In this document: piece by piece, positions 15,586-22,610 of the stretch
How the letters are laid out: the number at the start of each line of letters is the position of its first letter
How positions within the stretch are numbered: position 1 is the first letter of the stretch
Assembly: GCF_000955905.1 (NCBI RefSeq)
Contig: NZ_CP011097.1
Span: forward strand, 924,582 to 956,581
From: Candidatus Nitrosotenuis cloacae
Lineage (GTDB): Archaea > Thermoproteota > Nitrososphaeria > Nitrososphaerales > Nitrosopumilaceae
Direction of reading: 5' to 3'
DNA length: 32,000 nt
Position numbers and translations under genes: made by a program
The notes under the pieces: model-generated
The model's input: the letters and a program-made list of their open reading frames with translations, nothing else
Database searches by the model: none
Told to the model about the DNA's origin: nothing

Positions 15586-15753
15586 TTATTTGTCTTGTCT
15601 TGCTTTGTCTCTACCTTTTTCTGCTGCCTCTTTTCCTGCATCATATGCTTTTGTTCCAAGCTCGGCTCCTTTTTCTATTCCTTGTTTTCCAAGCTCCGTT
15701 CCCTTTTCAATTCCTTTTTCGGCAGTCTCTTTTAGTTTTTTTAGAAAACCCAT
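15586..15753 (-). CDS. small hydrophilic repeat protein (55 aa; EKG[IA]E[KL]G-type repeats)
   Basis: MGFLKKLKETAEKGIEKGTELGKQGIEKGAELGTKAYDAGKEAAEKGRDKARQDK. TATA-like CTTTATGA (15777-15784) lies 23 nt upstream of ATG 15753 and supports this start over 15768. The opposite-strand ORFs are S/F/P-rich antisense artefacts. Confidence 0.5.
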   Translation of the reverse strand: MGFLKKLKETAEKGIEKGTELGKQGIEKGAELGTKAYDAGKEAAEKGRDKARQDK

Positions 15754-15793
15754 AGAGATGTTGCACATCTAGTGATTCATAAAGAATTTGATT

Positions 15794-16069
15794 TTAGTAG
15801 TCCTTTAGCTTCTCAACTATTATCTTAAAGATCTCATTGTTATCCAGTAGGATGCACGGTATGTTGTTTTCCATGCAGGCCTGTCCACTTTCCGTATCCC
15901 GTGTAATTAGGATCAATCTGTTTTCCTTGGCGTAATTTATTACAGAATAGTCAGTATGTAGTTTTTTTCCCTCGGTGATCAGTTTTTTGACGGAATATGC
16001 CTCATGGCCTAGAATTTTGAGTTTTTCGTCCCAGCCATCATCCATCTCATCAACTAAGATCTTTGCCAT
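15794..16069 (-). CDS. PIN-like (DUF5615 / Mut7-C-like) putative nuclease, 91 aa
   Basis: MAKILVDEMDDGW..KLKILGHEAYSV......DYSVINYAKENRLILITRDTE fits the ILVDE....L...GH....V......D..I...A.....ILIT.D pattern; this family call comes from memory. TATA-like GAAATAAATA lies 20 nt upstream of ATG 16069. Confidence 0.55.
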   Translation of the reverse strand: MAKILVDEMDDGWDEKLKILGHEAYSVKKLITEGKKLHTDYSVINYAKENRLILITRDTESGQACMENNIPCILLDNNEIFKIIVEKLKDY

Positions 16070-16104
16070 GCACAAAGTGATGATTTTGTGTATTTATTTC
16101 AAAG

Positions 16105-16194
16105 CTAGATAAACATGTAACCTATCACAAGTGGAATGAATATTGCCAATCCAACGGCTGCACTCAAAATTCCGACCACATGATGAGCATCCAT
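16105..16194 (-). CDS. possible 29-aa single-TM micro-protein
   Basis: MDAHHVVGILSAAVGLAIFIPLVIGYMFI. The only support is an open frame and a hydrophobic helix. Promoter spacing is poor (about 11-14 nt). Confidence 0.2.
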   Translation of the reverse strand: MDAHHVVGILSAAVGLAIFIPLVIGYMFI

Positions 16195-16236
16195 TGTGTA
16201 TGATAATCAAAATATGATGTAAGATGTAGTATGTCC

Positions 16237-16246
16237 AAAACAAAAA
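16237..16246 (-). terminator. T-run terminator candidate (T5-G-T4 on the minus strand)
   Basis: Lies 10-19 nt downstream of the stop at 16256. Oligo-T tracts are the usual archaeal termination signal. Confidence 0.35.
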
Positions 16247-16255
16247 CAGCACACT

Positions 16256-16636
16256 CTAAAGGTGAGATGTAATCTTTTTTGCCTTGTTTATGATGTTCAT
16301 CTTCTTTGTGGCGCTGACCTCTGGCTCTAGGGTGAAATAGACGGTCTTTCTTTTTGGATAGATTACCATCTGGGTTACCTTTTCGCGCTCTACTTGGACG
16401 TATCTTACCATTCCTAGTGACTTGTTGAATTCTTGCCTCATCTTGCGTCTTTGTGCTACTTGTTTGCAAAAATGCTCTTCTTCTTTTTGGGTTTTGAGTG
16501 AGGTCTTGCCCTTTCGCATGATTGATTCTAGTATGTTTCCTTTGAGATCAATTATTGCTGCAAAACGCATCACAGGATCAATTCCGATGATGTCTTCTAC
16601 GATTTCCAGGTGTGTTGCGCGCTTGTAGACGTTCAA
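16256..16636 (-). CDS. conserved-looking hypothetical protein (126 aa), possibly Roadblock/LC7-like
   Basis: IIGIDPVMRFAAIIDLKGNILESI resembles the N-terminal strand-loop of Roadblock/LC7-type small regulatory domains. This is a weak, pattern-only call. TTG start with TATA-like TTATATTT about 24 nt upstream. Confidence 0.5.
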   Translation of the reverse strand: MNVYKRATHLEIVEDIIGIDPVMRFAAIIDLKGNILESIMRKGKTSLKTQKEEEHFCKQVAQRRKMRQEFNKSLGMVRYVQVEREKVTQMVIYPKRKTVYFTLEPEVSATKKMNIINKAKKITSHL

Positions 16637-16738
16637 TTTTCTCTGACTCTGGTCTGGCCAAATATAATTGGTTTAGGCAATTTGCTGTTAGGTATGGATC
16701 AGATTTTCAAAAAATATAATCTCATATAGAATAGTAAG

Positions 16739-17347
16739 ATGGTGAGCATTCATACTGTTTTGGCTCGATTGGAAAGACAGTCAATGCTGGAAAAGATGCG
16801 TATAGTCGACGTAGCGTCTGAAAAAAGAATGCTTGCAATAACTCCACAGACTGCTCGATTCTATCATGATTTGCTGGTTAGAATCAAGGCCAAGAACATT
16901 TTGGAGCTTGGAATGTCAGTTGGCTATTCTACATTGTATTTTGTAGACGCGATGCGATATAATCACAAAAACCCTAGAATCACCACACTAGAGCACAGCC
17001 CGCTCAAAATCAAGATGGCAAAATCAAATTTTGAGGCAGCCGGAGTGGCAAAATTCATCAAAATCAGACATGGTGAGATCTCGAATACTCTCAGAAAAAT
17101 GCCAAAGGATCAGAAATTTGATTTTGTTTTGGTTGATGCGGACAAGGAAAACATCATTGAATACTTTGATCTGGTTTTGCCAATGGTGAGAGTAGGTGGA
17201 ATCATTGCCACTGATAATGTGTTATTGCCAAAAAAATATCAAAAATTCATGGACAAATACAGAAAACACATCAAATCACACAAAAATGTGCTTAGTGGGA
17301 CGATTCCGCTAGGATATGGTCAAGAAATAACAATCAAAATAGCCTAG
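16739..17347 (+). CDS. class I SAM-dependent O-methyltransferase (family 3, caffeoyl-CoA OMT-like)
   Basis: ILELGMSVGYSTLY (SAM motif I) and FDFVLVDADKENIIEYFDLVLPMVRVGGIIATDNVL are typical of O-methyltransferase family 3. TATA-like AATATAAT (16713-16720) lies 18 nt upstream. Confidence 0.8.
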   Translation: MVSIHTVLARLERQSMLEKMRIVDVASEKRMLAITPQTARFYHDLLVRIKAKNILELGMSVGYSTLYFVDAMRYNHKNPRITTLEHSPLKIKMAKSNFEAAGVAKFIKIRHGEISNTLRKMPKDQKFDFVLVDADKENIIEYFDLVLPMVRVGGIIATDNVLLPKKYQKFMDKYRKHIKSHKNVLSGTIPLGYGQEITIKIA

Positions 17348-18777
17348 ACTTTTTTGCCAATCTTCTTTATTTGGGAAGATTCTGTGCTGATTGCCTTTGC
17401 CACTGCCTTTCGTTTTCGCTCTAATTGTTTTATTTTTGTGGTTTCCTTTTTCTTTTCCTTTGTGATGGCTGTCTTTTGGGCTTTGATCTGCTTTTCTATT
17501 GTGGATTTTTCCTTTTTGATTGATTGTAGTTCGGATTGTGCCATGCCAATATGTTTTTCCAAAGTTATTCGCTGGGCCAAGATCTGATCAACTAGCGCTT
17601 GTTCTGATTGTATTTGTGACAGTGTAGGTGCAGCACTTGCTAGATTTTTCTTTTCTTGTGTTATTTTTTGAGACAGAATTGTTTGTTTTTGTTTTGATGA
17701 TTCCAGGAATTTCTCATAGCTTGATACTGTTCTGAGTAGTTTTGCCTGTGATGCAAGCTTTGCCTTTTCCTGCTTTACTTGTGCTTCCAGCTGACGCTCT
17801 TCTGATTTTGCTTGTTCTGTTATCTTTTGGTTTTGTGCTTTGATCTCTTCTAGCTGTTCTTTTTCTTGCTGGATTCGTCTTGCCACCTCTGCTTGCTCTG
17901 CTAGTCTTGCACGCTCTTGTGCTGCTTGGGCGGCAATCTCTGCCTGCTCAGATTGTAGTTGTAGTATGATGCCATCACGTTCTTTTTTGGCAGTCTCTAG
18001 TTGTGCCTCTTGAGCTTTGATCTGCTCTACTAGCTTTGTTTGCTTGAGCATGTTTTGACGCTCTTGCTCGATTTGCTTTTTGAGGTGTTCCTGCTCGATT
18101 TTGACCTGCTTTTCAAATTCTTGCCTGTCCAGAATAATCTGCATCATTTTTGATTGCTCGATTCGGATTCTTTCCGCCTCGGTTTTCTCATGGTCTAGCT
18201 TTGTCTGTTCGGTGGCTAGCTGCTTTTGGATTTGCTCAAGGTTTGGGGTTTGGTCCTGCCAGCCTTTTGGTAACGTACCTTGTGGCTTGCGAACACTGGG
18301 CTGTAAGGTCTCGATTTTTTGATTAATGATTGATTCAAGATTGATTATCTTTTGGTTTGCCCACGTTACTTGGGATTTTAGGTGCTCTATTGTTTCATTA
18401 GAGTCCTGCTTTGGTGTAATATCGGTATAGTTGATTTTTTGTCCTAGTTTTGATTCCAGGTATGATCGGTCACTGCGATATAGTGTCTTTCCTTGCTTTA
18501 GAAATTCTAAAATGAATTGCAGTCTACCGGTGTCTCCATTCCCAGATGAGATTAATTTTTGAATCTTAGTCAGGGTGTCGTCTTCAACTTTGAGCATTTC
18601 CTGCATTCCTAGATCTTGCGCAAACTTTGCGTCAATGTATTTTTGATCAGAGTTGTATAATGGCCTGTTTTGTTTTAGTAGATTCAAAATGTGAGTCAGT
18701 CTTCCGGGATCACCATTGCCAGTGAGTAATAGTTTTTCTACAAACGCCCTAGTTTCTGCCAGAGTCAAGCTAGCCAT
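17344..18777 (-). CDS. long coiled-coil protein (477 aa) with a duplicated N-terminal GNGDxGRL...LYxSDxxY module
   Basis: Residues 9-52 and 67-111 are about 45% identical repeats. Residues about 125-460 are Q/E/K-rich heptad sequence. The C-terminus is basic. No signal peptide or TM helix. Confidence 0.75.
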   Translation of the reverse strand: MASLTLAETRAFVEKLLLTGNGDPGRLTHILNLLKQNRPLYNSDQKYIDAKFAQDLGMQEMLKVEDDTLTKIQKLISSGNGDTGRLQFILEFLKQGKTLYRSDRSYLESKLGQKINYTDITPKQDSNETIEHLKSQVTWANQKIINLESIINQKIETLQPSVRKPQGTLPKGWQDQTPNLEQIQKQLATEQTKLDHEKTEAERIRIEQSKMMQIILDRQEFEKQVKIEQEHLKKQIEQERQNMLKQTKLVEQIKAQEAQLETAKKERDGIILQLQSEQAEIAAQAAQERARLAEQAEVARRIQQEKEQLEEIKAQNQKITEQAKSEERQLEAQVKQEKAKLASQAKLLRTVSSYEKFLESSKQKQTILSQKITQEKKNLASAAPTLSQIQSEQALVDQILAQRITLEKHIGMAQSELQSIKKEKSTIEKQIKAQKTAITKEKKKETTKIKQLERKRKAVAKAISTESSQIKKIGKKV

Positions 18778-18844
18778 ACCCGGTTCCTTTTTTGTATGTA
18801 GGACTGGTATTTTAAGACCTCAGAGATTTACTAAATTTTACAAA

Positions 18845-19342
18845 TCATGCACGCCTAGTCGAATTCAGCCGTATGGAATATAGCTTTTTCCATTGTTTGA
18901 CATTTTTTGAGGATCTTATTATGATGATTCGATCAAAGGTGTATGATTTTTTCATTTTGAGATTCTTGATTAGATTTGTTTTGGTCTGTGGTTTCATCTT
19001 TTTGTAAATCAGGCTGATGTGGGGCTCAAAGGAATATTTTGTTTTGAGGTTTTTGGCAAGAATCTGATTGGTGTATGATAGAGACTTGTCTTTTTTTATT
19101 TTGAGAAATACAGTTTTCCAGAGATAGTCAGATTTGCCAATTCCTATGCTTTTTGTGCGCATTACATCAAATTTGTTCTCATTTAGGACTTGTTTTGCTT
19201 GCGACAGTGAGCGGACCTTGCTGTATAGTGTAATATGTGCATCAAACTTTGGCGCACCATATTGTGTTGCAAGGTTTTTTATTATTTGATTTAGGTATTT
19301 TGCATCTTTTGCGGTTGGAGCAAGCCAGATGGAATAAGTCAT
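18845..19342 (-). CDS. 2H phosphoesterase superfamily protein (cyclic phosphodiesterase/CPDase-like)
   Basis: Two H-x-[TS]-x motifs at the expected spacing: FDAHITLY and FEPHISLIY. The YSIWLAP N-terminus is typical of the CPDase-like branch. The start overlaps the upstream cupin stop (ATGA). Confidence 0.7.
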   Translation of the reverse strand: MTYSIWLAPTAKDAKYLNQIIKNLATQYGAPKFDAHITLYSKVRSLSQAKQVLNENKFDVMRTKSIGIGKSDYLWKTVFLKIKKDKSLSYTNQILAKNLKTKYSFEPHISLIYKKMKPQTKTNLIKNLKMKKSYTFDRIIIIRSSKNVKQWKKLYSIRLNSTRRA

Positions 19343-19704
19343 GCCATTTTCTGCATGACTATATTTCGGTATTCAGGATATTCGATTGCAGAATAACCCT
19401 CGCCAAACTCTTCTGCAAACATGGTATCTGTGATGGCAGTCAACAAATGAGCAGCCATTGGCGGAACTGTAATGATTGCAGGTGCGGTTATTGTTTGAAT
19501 TGTCTCTTGGTTGGTATTGATGTTTTTTTCTCTATATTCCAGCATGCCAGACAAAACATGGTGCTTTGTCTCAAATGTGTGATAATGCCCCCCTCGTGCA
19601 AATCCTTTTTTTATTTCTACAATGTTGATGCTTTTTTTGCCATATTTGAGAAACAATATGGTGCCCCTTGCATCAGAGGCTTGCTTGTCAAATTCTAGTT
19701 CCAT
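19339..19704 (-). CDS. cupin-fold protein (WxcM/FdtA-like)
   Basis: DARGTILFL....INIVEIKKGFARGGHYH...HHVLSGMLEY resembles sugar 3,4-ketoisomerase/epimerase-type cupins. GGAG lies 6 nt upstream of the ATG with no TATA, so this is an operon-internal gene. Confidence 0.55.
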   Translation of the reverse strand: MELEFDKQASDARGTILFLKYGKKSINIVEIKKGFARGGHYHTFETKHHVLSGMLEYREKNINTNQETIQTITAPAIITVPPMAAHLLTAITDTMFAEEFGEGYSAIEYPEYRNIVMQKMA

Positions 19705-19716
19705 GGTGGCTCCGAA

Positions 19717-20109
19717 TCACACGGCTTGTCCTGCATCTATTTTGAGGCTCAGTGTAGGCGATAAAGCAGATGGGTTGTCAATGCTTTCCCACACAAAAAT
19801 TGTTGCCTCAAATTCTCCGGCTTCGGTTGGAGTCCAGGAAAGTGATGGTGAGAATGATTGTGCCGGAGACAATGTTCCTGTGATCCATGCTAATGATACT
19901 GTGATCCCATCCCGGTTTTGTACCTGGACAATATACGCAAAGTCTTGCTCAAAGTCTTGGTTGTTTTTCAGATCAGCTGTAATCTGGACCTGCTTTCCCA
20001 CCTCGATTGTCTTGGTGCCAGAGTGTGGTCCCAGTTTTACTCCTTCTTGGGCATAAACCATACCAATCATAGTAATGGCAAACAATGCAAAGATGGCATA
20101 CTTGAGCAT
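19717..20109 (-). CDS. exported beta-sandwich-like protein (131 aa)
   Basis: Signal peptide MLKYAIFALFAITMIGMVYAQEG, then beta-rich sequence. TATA-like GTTTATCA lies 25 nt upstream of ATG 20109 and supports this start over the GTG at 20235. Confidence 0.6.
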   Translation of the reverse strand: MLKYAIFALFAITMIGMVYAQEGVKLGPHSGTKTIEVGKQVQITADLKNNQDFEQDFAYIVQVQNRDGITVSLAWITGTLSPAQSFSPSLSWTPTEAGEFEATIFVWESIDNPSALSPTLSLKIDAGQAV

Positions 20110-20141
20110 CAAATACAAATTCCAAGAACGAGCTTGATAAA

Positions 20142-20240
20142 CTAATCTTCTTGCTTTTCCATGTATTCTACGGCACATGTAGTAGAGCAATAATTGGATG
20201 CCCTGTGCTTGAACTCTTTGCCGCAGTGTTTGCACTTCAT
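20142..20240 (-). CDS. possible 32-aa zinc-finger micro-protein (CxxC...YCSxxC, FCS/TRASH-like spacing)
   Basis: MKCKHCGKEFKHRASNYCSTTCAVEYMEKQED. It lies in the 5' extension of track ORF 19717-20235 but in another frame. A weak TATA (CTTATCAT) lies 23 nt upstream. Confidence 0.35.
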   Translation of the reverse strand: MKCKHCGKEFKHRASNYCSTTCAVEYMEKQED

Positions 20241-20326
20241 GATATGAAAGCGACTATGAGGGTATGATAAGACTAACTATAAAATACCAAATCTGGAAAC
20301 GCCCATAGTAATACTCTGATACTGAG

Positions 20327-20488
20327 CTAAGCAGTGGTTGTGGTGGCGGATCTGAGATAGTTTATCTCGTCTATGATGGTGTCTCGTAGTTTTTCCAGCT
20401 CACGTATTCTGGATCGGATGGATTGGTGCTCTATATTATCAACATCAAACCAGTACGGAGGCAACATTATTACAGAATCGGATTGCAT
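20327..20488 (-). CDS. possible 53-aa helical micro-protein
   Basis: MQSDSVIMLPPYWFDVDNIEHQSIRSRIRELEKLRDTIIDEINYLRSATTTTA. TATA-like CTTTTAAG lies 21 nt upstream of the ATG. The opposite-strand track ORF 20373-20573 looks like antisense. Confidence 0.4.
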   Translation of the reverse strand: MQSDSVIMLPPYWFDVDNIEHQSIRSRIRELEKLRDTIIDEINYLRSATTTTA

Positions 20489-20550
20489 GGATTGCTTTGG
20501 TGGAATTTGCTTAAAAGATTCACTAATAATTTGTCTGTATGATTTTTTTT

Positions 20551-20604
20551 ATAGATGGGCTGGCAGTGTTTAGTTGCCAGGGTCCGGCATTAATCCCCAT
20601 CTAT
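20551..20604 (-). ncRNA. candidate structured small RNA or leader (54-nt two-tier hairpin)
   Basis: ATAGATGGG (20551-59) pairs with CCCATCTAT (20596-604). CTGGCA (20560-65) pairs with TGCCAG (20575-80) around a 9-nt loop, leaving a 15-nt one-sided internal loop. On the minus strand a TATA-like CTTTAATA (20627-20634) lies exactly 22 nt upstream of the hairpin base. The strand and the extent of the transcript are inferred. Confidence 0.3.
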
Positions 20605-20647
20605 TGATACGAGTTTGTGAATTTTGTATTAAAGGCTCACGTAGGAA

Positions 20648-21106
20648 TTATCTAGAGATGCCGCACTTTACATAATATTTTTGGTGATACTCTTCTGCCT
20701 TGTAGAACTCTGGTGCTGGTTTTATCTCAGTTGCAATTTTTTTACCAAGTTTTTTGGATGCATCCAGATTTTCTTTTGACTGTGTAGCAATTTTTTCCTG
20801 CTCGGAATCATGGCAGAATATTACGGAACGATACTGTGTGCCAACATCTGGGCCTTGTCGGTTTAGCTGTGTTGGATCGTGTGAGCTCCAAAACACATCT
20901 AGTAGTTTTTCATATGGCAAGATGCTTGGATCATATTCTACTTGGACTAGCTCTGCGTGTCCCGTTTCATCGGTACAGACCTCCTCGTATGTTGGGTTTT
21001 TTGTGTGTCCTCCACCATATCCTACTGCTGTGGACTGGACGCCCTTTGTGGTCCTAAAAATATCCTCGACGCACCAAAAACAGCCTGCGCCAAATGTTGC
21101 CTTCAT
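20648..21106 (-). CDS. msrA: peptide-methionine (S)-S-oxide reductase MsrA
   Basis: 152 aa. [12 protein letters not shown] active-site motif and [16 protein letters not shown]...[12 protein letters not shown]. Confidence 0.95.
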   Translation of the reverse strand: MKATFGAGCFWCVEDIFRTTKGVQSTAVGYGGGHTKNPTYEEVCTDETGHAELVQVEYDPSILPYEKLLDVFWSSHDPTQLNRQGPDVGTQYRSVIFCHDSEQEKIATQSKENLDASKKLGKKIATEIKPAPEFYKAEEYHQKYYVKCGISR

Positions 21107-21212
21107 AGTTTGGTATGATATAATGTGAGATTAAAATGATTATCCAGATCGAGGACAAAAGATAAGCATGCTTTATGAGTAGGATTTACGGCGAAATTTC
21201 AAAGGGACGAAG

Positions 21213-21647
21213 TTGGGAATAGAACGATACATCAAAGCTGGAGTGATTTCATTTATTGTTTTGATTGGTTTTGTGATAGTTTTTTGGATATTGCCGAATT
21301 CCATTAACAATTATTCGCAGTATTTTGTATTTCCACCAGACGAGAACTCGGCAAAAGAAAGGTTTCTTCAGACGCCAGAATATCAAACATTCAAGGAAAG
21401 ATTTCCAAAACACTCGACGGATTTTTGGATGAATAAATGGGAAGCACAATTTAGTGCATCTGCAATAAATCCAGAAAATCAGAACATCGTCATACTACGA
21501 ATGAATACTAGTTTTAGTGACGATAGGATATACATGTCTGCACACTGTGACGCCATGGCAAAAAAATCTGGGATCAGATATGACGCAGGCGATGTTACGG
21601 TAAAACCATTCTTAGAGACTACCAAATGTCTCGAAATCACAAAGTGA
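21213..21647 (+). CDS. membrane-anchored hypothetical protein (144 aa, N-terminal TM)
   Basis: TTG start. AGVISFIVLIGFVIVFWIL anchor, then a soluble domain. No family recognised. Confidence 0.55.
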   Translation: MGIERYIKAGVISFIVLIGFVIVFWILPNSINNYSQYFVFPPDENSAKERFLQTPEYQTFKERFPKHSTDFWMNKWEAQFSASAINPENQNIVILRMNTSFSDDRIYMSAHCDAMAKKSGIRYDAGDVTVKPFLETTKCLEITK

Positions 21648-21649
21648 GA

Positions 21650-22423
21650 TTATTTTTCATACAGCCATATCTCTAGCTTGGTCAGAGGAAGGCTCAGATT
21701 ATCCGGCAGTACGATGAGCAGGCCGGAGTCCTTTGCCACATCATTGCAGGTACCAGAGAATCGGGCATAGTTCTTTCCACTACACTCATCATAGTACTGG
21801 AATTTGGCATTGCTTTGATCATAGTTTTGCTGCTCTAATATTGATGGTACAAAATAGACATCAAAGCCTATTGTGTCATCATTCATTTTTATGGTGTAAT
21901 CAAATGATGATGTTTCCTTTGATGTGCAAATTGGAATAAACTGGGAATAGCCGGATTTTATCTGAGATTCGTGCTCGGCATTATTTTGCTTCCCTGGAAC
22001 CGAATTATACAGTGTGATGTTTGGGTCTGGGCTTTTTTGCACACCACTTGCATATTCAATTTGGTGGCGGATTACGTCTGCTCCAAACCTTGCATAGTGA
22101 GGCTCCCAGGAATCATGACAGTTTGTGTTGCTGTTTTGCACCAAAATGTAGGGCTTGTCATGAGTGTAGCGAATCTCATCGACATTGTTTTGCTTTGATA
22201 TCTCTAGTCTGTCCTCTGAGCTTAGTGGAATTTTTTGGCTATTTGACCACACATTGGTGACCTCGTATACGATATTTCCTGGATAGCTGTTCCAGCCCGG
22301 CTCTAAATGAACATAGATTGACTGCTTGTTTATTGATTGTTGCTGCAAGACAAATGCAGACACAATATAGTATGATATGATTACACAAATGATTCCAATT
22401 ATGATATAATGGATTTTTCGCAT
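21650..22423 (-). CDS. membrane-anchored extracytoplasmic hypothetical protein (257 aa)
   Basis: N-terminal anchor HYIIIGIICVIISYYIVSAFVL, then a Cys-containing soluble domain. No family recognised. Confidence 0.6.
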   Translation of the reverse strand: MRKIHYIIIGIICVIISYYIVSAFVLQQQSINKQSIYVHLEPGWNSYPGNIVYEVTNVWSNSQKIPLSSEDRLEISKQNNVDEIRYTHDKPYILVQNSNTNCHDSWEPHYARFGADVIRHQIEYASGVQKSPDPNITLYNSVPGKQNNAEHESQIKSGYSQFIPICTSKETSSFDYTIKMNDDTIGFDVYFVPSILEQQNYDQSNAKFQYYDECSGKNYARFSGTCNDVAKDSGLLIVLPDNLSLPLTKLEIWLYEK

Positions 22424-22463
22424 GTGCTTGCTAGCAATGTAAGGGGGTTTTTCAAACTTTTGA

Positions 22464-22610
22464 TCACGCTATTGGATCGCCGGTCTCATGATAGTATTGG
22501 TGCTCTAGCTCTTTGATGCGCTCGGATATTTTGTGATCATACTTTTTGGCTAGCTTGGCCTGTAGGGTATGATATTCTTGGACCAGTTTGTTTATCTCGG
22601 ATTTTTTCAT
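22464..22610 (-). CDS. possible 48-aa helical micro-protein translationally coupled to the metzincin gene
   Basis: MKKSEINKLVQEYHTLQAKLAKKYDHKISERIKELEHQYYHETGDPIA. The ATG overlaps the metzincin TGA (ATGA). Coordinates were set to agree with the track. My hand count of two homopolymer runs nearby disagreed with the track by 1 nt, so treat this call with caution. Confidence 0.3.
   Translation of the reverse strand: MKKSEINKLVQEYHTLQAKLAKKYDHKISERIKELEHQYYHETGDPIA

Noticed and set aside
15474-15772. ORFs 15474-15659 (-), 15490-15735 (+) and 15590-15772 (+).
   Set aside because: They overlap the better-supported 83-aa and 55-aa minus-strand genes. The plus-strand products are S/F/P/C-rich antisense translations of a K/E/G repeat.
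16164-16469. Minus-strand 101-aa ORF overlapping 16256-16636 in another frame.
   Set aside because: It is an R/K/H-rich frame-shifted shadow. The 126-aa frame has a normal globular composition and a correctly spaced TATA.
19237-20145. Plus-strand ORFs 19237-19698, 19622-20056 and 19918-20145.
   Set aside because: They are antisense to the cupin, 2H and exported-protein genes.
20236-20330. Box C/D sRNA-like fragments (tgatatga, gtatgataa, ctga).
   Set aside because: There is no proper RUGAUGA...CUGA arrangement with terminal pairing on either strand.
20373-20573. Plus-strand 66-aa ORF.
   Set aside because: It has a Cys/Ser-rich atypical composition. The opposite strand carries a 53-aa ORF with correct TATA spacing. 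Neither is proven.
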